A DNA stretch of 24,000 bases from Candidatus Saccharimonadota bacterium (lineage in GTDB: Bacteria > Patescibacteriota > Saccharimonadia > Saccharimonadales > UBA10212). The position numbers and the translations under genes were made by a program. Each line of letters opens with the position of its first letter. Within the stretch, counting starts at the first letter, position 1. This document shows positions 1 to 6,262 of the stretch, one piece after another. The stretch is taken from assembly GCA_019662065.1 (NCBI GenBank), contig JAIFWC010000002.1, positions 9,298 to 33,297 on the forward strand, written 5' to 3'. The notes beneath the pieces are model-generated. The model was not told the origin of the DNA. It searched no databases and saw only the letters and a list, made by a program, of their open reading frames with translations.

Positions 1-325
1 GGGTTTTCATTTGGGCATCGTATACCTGCCAGGTACTGATTAATAGGGATCTTTTAAAATCTTTTTTTAAGGCGGCGATTGGCTGATTCTTAGAATCAAA
101 AACATCATAAATTGCTCCAAAATCAAGGACAGATCGGGCTTTGGAGGATGCTACTACTTCTTGCTGGGATTCATCTTTATAAAGCGAGAATTGTTCGCGC
201 AAAGCAAACCGTTTTTGCTTTACGAAGCCAGCTGTTTGCTGCTGGCCATCGGGGCCATCCACAAGTACGTGGTATTCATTAACCAGCAGTGTAATTTTTT
301 GATGGAGCTCAAATAGTTTTTTCAT
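1..325 (-). CDS. LURP-one-related / Tubby-C-like (DUF567-type) protein, N-terminal part only; the ORF runs off the window start
   Basis: Absent from the ORF track because it is open-ended. ATG at 325-323 (minus), then about 108 stop-free codons down to position 2 (MKKLFELHQKITLLVNEYHVLVDGPDGQQQTAGFVKQKRFALREQFSLYKDE...IAALKKDFKRSLLISTWQVYDAQ). The repeated 'x-V/I-x-D-x-x-G ... K-x-K-x-F' hairpin pattern matches my memory of the LURP1/YxjI family. No search was possible. Confidence 0.5.
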   Translation of the reverse strand, partial: MKKLFELHQKITLLVNEYHVLVDGPDGQQQTAGFVKQKRFALREQFSLYKDESQQEVVASSKARSVLDFGAIYDVFDSKNQPIAALKKDFKRSLLISTWQVYDAQMKT

Positions 326-485
326 GGGACGAAATGCGTGAAGACCATAGTGTTAATATTGTAACTAAATTGCCGGACAAAAAGCACCTCACAAAGTGCC
401 AGTAGGGTGAGCTGGATACCGAACCCACAACTAGTGTCTGCTAAAGCAGTCAGTCGCGGGAATCAAAGCCCACCAGAGCAACCAT

Positions 486-516
486 AAAAAAGTCCAAACC
501 AGGCTGGACTTTTTTT
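486..516. terminator. Bidirectional intrinsic terminator downstream of tRNA-Lys
   Basis: Stem agtcca (491-496) / tggact (505-510) with an 8-nt loop. It is flanked by an A-run (486-490) and a T-run (511-516), so a U-tract follows the hairpin on both strands. Confidence 0.7.
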
Positions 517-517
517 G

Positions 518-594
518 TGGAGGGCCCAGTGGGATTCGAACCCACGACACGCGGCTTAAAAGGCCGCTGCTCTAACCAACTGAGCTATGGGCCC
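518..594 (-). tRNA. tRNA-Lys (anticodon UUU), CCA encoded
   Basis: The reverse complement folds as a canonical cloverleaf: GGGCCCA-TA-GCTC-AGTTGGTTA-GAGC-A-GCGGC-CTTTTAA-GCCGC-GTGTC-GTGGG-TTCGAAT-CCCAC-TGGGCCC-T-CCA, 77 nt. Confidence 0.93.
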
Positions 595-763
595 CCAAAT
601 CATTGTGCCGCCTCGACACTGCTTCAGGCTTAGCCCGAACCCTATCGAGGCTCTTGGCGAACTAGCGGATTGCTCGCTTGCGGTGCGTCCTCAATGTAGT
701 TTACTACACCTCCGGGCGCTCCTCAGCGGCGCCCCGCTATTTCGCTTAAGCACAATGATTTGG
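595..763 (-). ncRNA. Candidate structured RNA (~169 nt) directly upstream of and abutting tRNA-Lys; class unknown
   Basis: A perfect 14-bp closing helix (595-608 with 750-763). Inner helices: 734-745/657-668 (12 positions, one mismatch), 729-733/715-719, 704-710/693-699 (UAAA loop), 645-651/610-616 (7 bp), 633-637/625-629. One G-U pair in the last helix would be C-A on the plus strand, which favours minus-strand transcription. No plausible ORF; the 587..772 ORF has no RBS and overlaps the tRNA. Confidence 0.5.
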
Positions 764-794
764 AGGTCTTAGCAGAATCTGAACAACTTCTTAG

Positions 795-822
795 ATTATC
801 GGTTTTTAAGAATAAAAGTCAA
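795..822 (-). promoter_or_regulatory. Sigma70-like promoter for the structured RNA / tRNA-Lys transcript
   Basis: On the minus strand: TTGACT (822-817), 16-nt spacer, GATAAT (800-795). The predicted transcription start is near 788. Confidence 0.5.
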
Positions 823-834
823 CACTTCTAAACT

Positions 835-861
835 GCAATAAAAAACACCCGATTTGGGTGT
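835..861 (-). terminator. Intrinsic terminator of cassette A
   Basis: On the minus strand: ACACCC-AAAUC-GGGUGU followed by UUUUUUAUU. Nearly identical to the terminator at 1457-1483. Confidence 0.8.
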
Positions 862-869
862 TGTGATTG

Positions 870-902
870 CCCCACCCAGGTTTCCGAAGAAACCGGGTGG
901 GG
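870..902 (-). promoter_or_regulatory. Long GC-rich 3'-UTR hairpin with UUCG loop and one bulged U (cassette A)
   Basis: Minus-strand RNA: CCCCACCCGGUUUC-UUCG-GAAACC(U)GGGUGGGG. That is 14 bp with a single bulged U in the 3' arm. It lies between the stop codon (926-928) and the terminator. Confidence 0.7.
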
Positions 903-925
903 CAGATGAAGCTCGAAGTGACCTC

Positions 926-1300
926 TCAGCTGTGAAGGCTGATATTGGCCACATCGCCAGGCGTGATGACGAGTTGCTCGCCACCGCTGTTGAAGATGGT
1001 GGTCTTGTCGACGCCAGGACCCGTTTTGAGCGTGACGTTGCAGCCCATGTTCAGATGCCCGCTGGAGGTCGCTACCAGATGGGTGATGACGCCGGAGTAG
1101 TAGCTATCAATGGTGGTGACGCTGCAGTTGTCGCCGACCTGCTTGCCAGAGTTGACGACCTCCGCGCCGTTGTCGAGCGAGAAGGTGTACGCACTAGGCG
1201 AACTGTCGGCTGTAGCCGAACTAGCGGCCTTGGCGCCGCCGGCGAAGGCAGCGATGGCGCAGAGAGCGACCAGCATGACGATGATATTGCGGAGAGACAC
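926..1300 (-). CDS. Small secreted protein A (signal peptide plus ~100-aa Ser/Thr/Gly/Val-rich mature part with 2 Cys), function unknown
   Basis: I trimmed ORF 926..1381 to the GTG at 1300, which is preceded by AAGGAG at 7-nt spacing. The N-terminus VSLRNIIVMLVALCAIAAFAGGAKA|ASS looks like a Sec signal peptide. The gene has its own promoter and terminator. Codons are strongly C/G-ending. Confidence 0.7.
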   Translation of the reverse strand: MSLRNIIVMLVALCAIAAFAGGAKAASSATADSSPSAYTFSLDNGAEVVNSGKQVGDNCSVTTIDSYYSGVITHLVATSSGHLNMGCNVTLKTGPGVDKTTIFNSGGEQLVITPGDVANISLHS

Positions 1301-1423
1301 GGTGTGTCTCCTTTCTCCCCTGATGGGGATAGATGACCTCAAATTTTCAAACTTCATATCCTTAGTAAGGAGTAATCCCACCTCGGATTGTTATATATTA
1401 ACATAAACACGATAAAAAAGCAA
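1301..1423 (-). repeat. Promoter plus 5' UTR module of cassette A (copy 1 of a duplicated regulatory module)
   Basis: 1385-1423 is identical to 1999-2037 (39 nt). On the minus strand it contains -35 TTGCTT (1423-1418), a 17-nt spacer and -10 TAATAT (1400-1395). The ~85-nt UTR aligns with 1911-1998. Confidence 0.7.
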
Positions 1424-1456
1424 CATCTAAAACTAAAACTTAACCTGGAATACTTG

Positions 1457-1483
1457 ATAATAAAAAACACCCGACGTGGGTGT
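1457..1483 (-). terminator. Intrinsic terminator of cassette B
   Basis: On the minus strand: ACACCC-ACGUC-GGGUGU followed by UUUUUUAUUAU. Shares aataaaaaacacccga and tgggtgtt with 835-861. Confidence 0.8.
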
Positions 1484-1488
1484 TACTG

Positions 1489-1523
1489 CCGCGACTCGAA
1501 ACTCCGAAGAGTTCGAGCCGCGG
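1489..1523 (-). promoter_or_regulatory. Long GC-rich 3'-UTR hairpin with UUCG loop and one bulged U (cassette B)
   Basis: Minus-strand RNA: CCGCGGCUCGAACUC-UUCG-GAGUU(U)CGAGUCGCGG. That is 15 bp including one G-U, with a single bulged U in the 3' arm. The architecture matches 870-902 but the stem sequence is different. Confidence 0.7.
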
Positions 1524-1544
1524 CCTTGAAGTGAAGATGATTCC

Positions 1545-1910
1545 CTAGCGGACCTTGATGTTGACAGCCCTGGATGCGACGAGACTGCCGTTGCACATGA
1601 GGTCGAACGTCAACTTCGAGTTCTTGTAGAGCGCCGGAGTGCTGAGCTGGCCGCCAGCCGATTGGCCAGAGGCGATAGTGCCCAGCGGGGCGTCGAAATT
1701 GAGCTCTTCGATGTGCAGGTAGCACGAGGCGTCCGAGGACGTGTTGTTCGTGACCGCGTAGTTCACTGTTGCGTTCCCGCCCGTCGAAACGAACGAGACT
1801 TGCGGCACCACACTCAGGCTGAAGCCTGACGGACTTGCAGATGCGACGGCTGAAGCCGCGAGAGCGAGTGTCAGTGAAGCGACTGCAATGACGATGAACT
1901 TGCGAAGCAT
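1545..1910 (-). CDS. Small secreted protein B (signal peptide plus ~97-aa beta-rich mature part with 2 Cys), distant paralog of protein A
   Basis: I trimmed ORF 1545..2024 to the ATG at 1910, which is preceded by GGGGAGGAAGTGAGG. The N-terminus MLRKFIVIAVASLTLALAASAVASA|SPS looks like a signal peptide. The segment VSTGGNATVNYAVTNNTSS resembles Ig-like/CARDB-type strands, but that is a weak call. Codons are GC3-rich. Confidence 0.7.
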   Translation of the reverse strand: MLRKFIVIAVASLTLALAASAVASASPSGFSLSVVPQVSFVSTGGNATVNYAVTNNTSSDASCYLHIEELNFDAPLGTIASGQSAGGQLSTPALYKNSKLTFDLMCNGSLVASRAVNIKVR

Positions 1911-2037
1911 TTCTGCCTCACTTCCTCCCCGAGGGGGAATCGTAGGTCCCTGGTTGTCAAATCTTGTACTTCTATCCTCAGCAGGAGTATCCCACCTTGG
2001 ATTGTTATATATTAACATAAACACGATAAAAAAGCAA
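1911..2037 (-). repeat. Promoter plus 5' UTR module of cassette B (copy 2)
   Basis: The 39-nt core 1999-2037 is identical to 1385-1423. The -35 is at 2037-2032 and the -10 at 2014-2009 (minus strand). Confidence 0.7.
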
Positions 2038-2127
2038 TATCTTTTATGGTTTTACTCCTTAAACTCAAGCAATTAACTTCTTAGCCAAGCTGTGGGATTA
2101 TTGCTTTGTCCACCGAAATTTTTCATC

Positions 2128-2391
2128 ATGCAATATGTATACGTACTAAGAAGTAAAAAAGATAAGCAGCTGTATGTTGGCTGTACCTACGATGTTAAGA
2201 AGCGTCTGTATGAGCATAATGGTAATAGAGTCCCTGCAACATCCTACAGAGGTCCATTTGAGGTAATTTACTATGAAGCATACCGAAATAAGTATGATGC
2301 TTTCTTCCGTGAAAAATGGCTAAAGACCGGTTGGGGACGACGGTACCTGAGAAAGGCGCTCCATAGTACGATGAAAAATTTAGGCGGATAA
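2128..2391 (+). CDS. GIY-YIG nuclease-domain protein (small standalone URI-domain protein)
   Basis: I trimmed ORF 2092..2391 to the ATG at 2128. MQYVYVLRSKKDKQLYVGCTYDVKKRLYEHN... is the classic GIY-(x10)-YVG motif followed by R...EHN. Confidence 0.8.
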   Translation: MQYVYVLRSKKDKQLYVGCTYDVKKRLYEHNGNRVPATSYRGPFEVIYYEAYRNKYDAFFREKWLKTGWGRRYLRKALHSTMKNLGG

Positions 2392-2393
2392 AA

Positions 2394-3833
2394 ATGAGGA
2401 AATTCCGCCGCACCAGTTTAATTGCCGCTCTTTGCTTATCGGCTTTAGTCGGGTTAGGGCTATCTAGAAAAATCAGTTTTACACCCAATATTTGGTACTT
2501 AGGGCTTTCGCCAGTGTTATTACTCCTTAAGCGTAAAAGCCTTTTGTCCCTGCTGGTGATTGTAGGGTTAGGCCTCGGGCTTGGTCTGTGGCGTGGTAGT
2601 TTGTACATGAATCATGTCTATCAGCTTAAGGCCCTAACAGGTCAAAAAGTTACCATTCAGGCTACGGCGACTGCCGATGCGGTTTACTCAACACGTGGGC
2701 AGATTGAATTCACGGCCAACAAGTCTCAGCTTTTGCTACCTGACAATAAACCGCTGGCTGGCAGTTTTAAAATCAGCGGCTTTGGCGTGCCGATGATTTA
2801 TCGGGGCGATAAAGTCCAGGTTTCGGGCAAGCTGTTTCCAATGCGCGGCAGTAATCAAGCCCGGATTGCCTACGCTCAGTTGCAGCGGCTGAGAGGCAAC
2901 GATGGCTTACTGTTTGGATTGACCCGCCGCTTTAACGCCGGCATGCAAAGCGCCTTACCGGAGCCTATGGCCTCATTCGGGCTAGGGCTCTTAATAGGCC
3001 AGCGGACTACCCTGCCGGCCGACATTACTGCGGCTCTGACAGCCGTTGGGCTAGTGCATATCGTGGCTGTTTCGGGCTATAACCTGACAATTATTGTCCG
3101 CGGTGTCGGCCGGCTAAAGCTGGGCTCCAAGTACCAAAAGTTGCTTATTTCGCTGGGATTGATAGCAATTTTTGTGCTAGTGACCGGCTTTAGCGCCAGC
3201 ATAGTCCGGGCGGCCATCGTATCAGTTCTTAGCCTGTGGGCTTGGTATTATGGCCGACATATCAAACCAGTCGCCCTTATTAGTTTTGCCGCAGCCGTCA
3301 CCGGACTGTGGAATCCGTTTTATATCTGGGGCGACCTGGGCTGGTATTTGTCTTTCCTAGCTTTCTTTGGCGTATTAGTGATTGCCCCGCTAATCGCTGC
3401 CCGCTTTAAGCAACAGCCCAAATTATTAACTATGGTACTGCTAGAAACCTTATCGGCCGAGGTTATGACGCTGCCGTTGATCCTGATGACTTTTAGCCAG
3501 CTATCTATTGTGGCGCTAATCGCTAATCTGTTAATTGTGCCTTTGGTGCCACTGGCGATGCTGTTAACGGCTGTAGCCGGAGCGGCCGGGGCTTTTATGC
3601 CACAAATTGCCGGCTGGTTGGCTTTGCCAGCCCGCTTGCTACTGACATACATGCTTGATCTAGTCCACGCGCTATCTAATATTCCATCAGCGTTAGTCCA
3701 TAGGGCTATCAGTCTCATATATATGTTGGCTTTCTACACAGTCGTTTTATTGGTGGTGTTAATTATGCATCATAGAAGGTCCAAAGCTAGGCCCAAAGGG
3801 CCCATCATGAACACCTTAAACATGGTAAAATAA
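2394..3833 (+). CDS. comEC: ComEC/Rec2-family DNA internalisation channel protein (no C-terminal metallo-beta-lactamase domain)
   Basis: A 479-aa polytopic membrane protein. It has an N-terminal OB-like region (KVTIQATATADAVYS...GDKVQVSGKL) followed by the competence-domain core (LGLLIGQRTTLPADITAALTAVGLVHIVAVSGYNLTII). It ends soon after the last TM segments. Confidence 0.8.
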   Translation: MRKFRRTSLIAALCLSALVGLGLSRKISFTPNIWYLGLSPVLLLLKRKSLLSLLVIVGLGLGLGLWRGSLYMNHVYQLKALTGQKVTIQATATADAVYSTRGQIEFTANKSQLLLPDNKPLAGSFKISGFGVPMIYRGDKVQVSGKLFPMRGSNQARIAYAQLQRLRGNDGLLFGLTRRFNAGMQSALPEPMASFGLGLLIGQRTTLPADITAALTAVGLVHIVAVSGYNLTIIVRGVGRLKLGSKYQKLLISLGLIAIFVLVTGFSASIVRAAIVSVLSLWAWYYGRHIKPVALISFAAAVTGLWNPFYIWGDLGWYLSFLAFFGVLVIAPLIAARFKQQPKLLTMVLLETLSAEVMTLPLILMTFSQLSIVALIANLLIVPLVPLAMLLTAVAGAAGAFMPQIAGWLALPARLLLTYMLDLVHALSNIPSALVHRAISLIYMLAFYTVVLLVVLIMHHRRSKARPKGPIMNTLNMVK

Positions 3834-3838
3834 CAGAT

Positions 3839-4570
3839 ATGTCTGGACATTCTAAGTGGGCGACAATTAAGCGCCAAAAAGGAGCTAACGATGCCAAACG
3901 TGGCGCTTTATTTACCAAGCTGGGAAATCAGCTGGCAATTGCGGCTCGCGGCGGTATTGACCCGGCGCACAATTCGGCGCTGGCGCTGGCTATAGAAAAA
4001 GCTAAAGCCGCCAACATGCCAACCGCCAACATTGAGCGGTCTATCCAGCGGGCCGCCGATAAGTCAGCCGCCCAACTAGAACAAGCCATGTACGAGGGCT
4101 ATGGGCCTGGTGGTGTAGCGGTTTTAGTGGAAGTTGCCACAGATAACAAAAATCGCACCTTGCCGGAAGTCCGCACTGCTTTTAGCAAAAGTGGCGGCAG
4201 CATGGCTGAGCCGGGTAGCGTGGCTTTTCAATTTAGCCGCAAGGGAATAATTCGTTTGAAAGGGACTGGTGACGGGGTAGAATTGCAGGCCATCGAAGCC
4301 GGCGCCGAAGATGTTTTTGAGGAGCCAGAAACCGGGGAAACCGTCGTGCATACTGCCCCTAATGAATTAGCCAAAGTCCGAGATGCCTTGAAGAAGCAGG
4401 GGGCCGAAGTCGTAGATGCCGAACTCAGCCATGAGCCCAACAACACCATGGAAATATCTGATCCCGAAACTGCCCGCAAAATTATTCGGCTAATGGACAC
4501 TTTGGAAGACCTCGATGATGTCACCGCCACCCACACCAACTTCGAGCTAGCTGATAGCTTAAATCTTTAG
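3839..4570 (+). CDS. yebC: YebC/PmpR-family transcriptional regulator
   Basis: MSGHSKWATIKRQKGANDAKRGALFTKL... is the hallmark N-terminus of this family. The length (243 aa) is typical. Confidence 0.9.
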   Translation: MSGHSKWATIKRQKGANDAKRGALFTKLGNQLAIAARGGIDPAHNSALALAIEKAKAANMPTANIERSIQRAADKSAAQLEQAMYEGYGPGGVAVLVEVATDNKNRTLPEVRTAFSKSGGSMAEPGSVAFQFSRKGIIRLKGTGDGVELQAIEAGAEDVFEEPETGETVVHTAPNELAKVRDALKKQGAEVVDAELSHEPNNTMEISDPETARKIIRLMDTLEDLDDVTATHTNFELADSLNL

Positions 4571-4571
4571 A

Positions 4572-5210
4572 ATGCGCTTGTTTTTATCTTCTTACAGGGC
4601 GGGGAATTACCCTGAAAAGCTGGTAAAGCTTTTTGGCAAGGGTACCAAGGTGGCGGTTATTACCAATGCCAAAGATTACAAAAGCCCAGCCGAACGCCAG
4701 GAAAGTGCAGGGGATTTACTCGATTTTTTAAGTGAGTTGGGGTTAAAGCCGATAGAGCTGGATTTACGGTCGTATTTTGATAACAAAGATAAATTAAACA
4801 AAGAGCTATCAAACTATGCGGCTGTGTGGCTGGCCGGCGGCAACGCCTTTCTATTACGCCGGGCGTTAGCTTATAGCGGCGCCGATAAGCTACTCTATGA
4901 CTTAGTGCGTAAAAATGAGTTAGTGTATGCCGGCGAAAGCGCTGGAGCTATTTTAGCAACGCCTAGCCTTACTGGCGCAAGTGGTGAGGGTGAGGACGAT
5001 CCTAAACTTGTGCCTGACGGCTATCAACCCGAAATTATTTGGAACGGGCTGGATTTTATTTCTTATCATCTGGTGCCGCACTATCAATCGGAATGGTCGG
5101 GTGCCGACGATATGCTCAAAACCCTCATGGCCAAAAATTTGCCATATAAAACTTTGACCGACAATCAAGTATTGTTAATAAACGGTGCCCAAGAGGAACT
5201 TTTAGGATGA
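4572..5210 (+). CDS. Peptidase S51 (dipeptidase E-like) / type 1 glutamine amidotransferase-like protein
   Basis: VAVITNA...WLAGGNAFLLRRAL...VYAGESAGAILATPS contains the GxSAG nucleophile elbow typical of S51. Confidence 0.7.
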   Translation: MRLFLSSYRAGNYPEKLVKLFGKGTKVAVITNAKDYKSPAERQESAGDLLDFLSELGLKPIELDLRSYFDNKDKLNKELSNYAAVWLAGGNAFLLRRALAYSGADKLLYDLVRKNELVYAGESAGAILATPSLTGASGEGEDDPKLVPDGYQPEIIWNGLDFISYHLVPHYQSEWSGADDMLKTLMAKNLPYKTLTDNQVLLINGAQEELLG

Positions 5211-5683
5211 GGATTATTGGCATTGACCCTGGTACGGGTATTTTGGGGTTTGGGGTAATTGAGTCAGAGAGTGGCAAAAACCAGCTGGTGGATGCTGGTG
5301 TGATTCGGACTCCAGTCAAAGAGGACGATGCCGTACGATTGCAGACGATTTATGAAGAAATATCAGATATAATCGCCCAGACAAAACCTCAGGAAATGTC
5401 TATCGAAAGGCTATTTTTTGCCCAAAATGTCACTACGGCCATGACCGTGGCACAGGCCAGGGGAGTGGTACTGCTGGCCGGTATGCAGGCTGGACTGAAA
5501 ATCAGCGAATACACACCGCTGCAAATCAAACAGTCTTTGACCGGCTATGGCCGGGCCGAGAAAAAGCAGATGCAGGAGATGGTTCGAGTCCTGCTGGGGC
5601 TACCAGAGGTACCTCAGCCCGATGACTGTGCCGATGCCTTGGCGGCGGCCTTAACCCACGCTGCCACGAGTAAGGTAAAATAA
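5207..5683 (+). CDS. ruvC: Holliday junction resolvase RuvC
   Basis: MRIIGIDPGTGILGFGVIE...ERLFFAQNVTTAMTVAQARGV...PQPDDCADALAAAL, including the catalytic acidic residues. The 4-nt ATGA overlap with the upstream gene suggests translational coupling. Confidence 0.9.
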   Translation: MRIIGIDPGTGILGFGVIESESGKNQLVDAGVIRTPVKEDDAVRLQTIYEEISDIIAQTKPQEMSIERLFFAQNVTTAMTVAQARGVVLLAGMQAGLKISEYTPLQIKQSLTGYGRAEKKQMQEMVRVLLGLPEVPQPDDCADALAAALTHAATSKVK

Positions 5684-5687
5684 GGCC

Positions 5688-6260
5688 ATGATAGCGACGC
5701 TGGAAGGGAAGATAGCCCAAAAAATCGGTGACTTAGTCGTCATTGAATGCGGCGGCGTGGGCTACGGCCTGTTCGTCACATTCGAGGATTTTGGGGCTCT
5801 TAACAGCGGCGAAGAAGCCAAATTATTTATTTACGAGCATATCCGCGAAAACACCCACGATTTATTTGGTTTTCGTAATCTTGAAACTAAGTTTTTATTT
5901 GAGCAACTACTGAGTGTTAATGGAGTGGGGCCTAAAATGGCCCTGGCGATTTTAAGTGTTGCCAATGCCAGCCAGGTGCGCAAAGCCATTGCCGCCGGCG
6001 ACACCAAATTTATCTCGCAAGCCACAGGGGTCGGAAAGCGCGTCGCTGAGCGGGTAGTAGTAGACCTCAAAGACAAGGTTGGCTTAACTTCAGACGAAAA
6101 CGCCACAGACTTCCTAACTGCCACCGCCAACCCCAACGACGAAGCCCTGCAAGGCCTCGTAGCCCTTGGCTACTCCGTCCAAGATGCCGCTGAGGCTTTA
6201 AAAGACATAGATGATAAACTGTCTGCAGAAGAACGTATCAAGTTAGCCCTAAAAAACTAA
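5688..6260 (+). CDS. ruvA: Holliday junction DNA helicase subunit RuvA
   Basis: MIATLEGKI...VIECGGVGYGLFV...LLSVNGVGPKMALAILS...ISQATGVGKRVAERVV shows an OB domain plus two HhH motifs. Confidence 0.9.
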   Translation: MIATLEGKIAQKIGDLVVIECGGVGYGLFVTFEDFGALNSGEEAKLFIYEHIRENTHDLFGFRNLETKFLFEQLLSVNGVGPKMALAILSVANASQVRKAIAAGDTKFISQATGVGKRVAERVVVDLKDKVGLTSDENATDFLTATANPNDEALQGLVALGYSVQDAAEALKDIDDKLSAEERIKLALKN

Positions 6261-6262
6261 AA

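Noticed and set aside
400-475. tRNA-like element on the minus strand, with acceptor-like pairing GGUGGGC/GCUCACC and a UUCGGUA T-loop-like motif.
   Set aside because: No D-arm can be drawn. The anticodon-arm candidate has a 4-nt loop. The T-stem has at most 4 weak pairs and is out of register with the acceptor pairing. At best it is a decayed tRNA remnant.
619-637. SRP RNA domain IV similarity (GAAGCAG next to a short capped stem).
   Set aside because: Only a 7-mer matches the conserved GGAAGCAGCC. The 5' side (GUCAGGUCC) and the GNRA tetraloop are missing. The overall multi-branch fold also differs from the 4.5S hairpin.
720-726. Hammerhead ribozyme core CUGANGA (CUGAGGA) inside the tRNA-Lys-linked RNA.
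   Set aside because: The required downstream GAAA after helix II is absent, and a three-helix junction with a UH cleavage site cannot be drawn.
870-902. Cassette 3' hairpins with an extrahelical base interpreted as integron attC sites.
   Set aside because: There is no integron integrase or attI in the window. I see no GTTRRRY-like core sites at the hairpin bases. Each cassette also carries its own promoter, unlike typical integron cassettes. The UUCG loop on the mRNA strand favours an RNA-level role. The idea is kept only as a remote alternative in the finding.
926-1381. Longer N-termini for the cassette proteins, including a possible twin-arginine motif (GERRHTV) if cassette A started at ATG 1357.
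   Set aside because: That ATG has AAGGA only 2 nt upstream, which is too close. The extension is not conserved in cassette B. The conserved UTR hairpins lie inside it. The GTG at 1300 has a well-spaced AAGGAG.
854-1725. Long ORFs antisense to or overlapping the two cassette genes (854..1336 +, 1110..1406 +, 1483..1725 -, 796..984 -).
   Set aside because: They are Arg/Asp/Ala/Gly-rich translations, typical of the opposite or shifted frame of a GC3-rich gene. They lack an RBS, promoter and terminator. The minus-strand frames I kept have an SD, a signal peptide, a promoter and a terminator.
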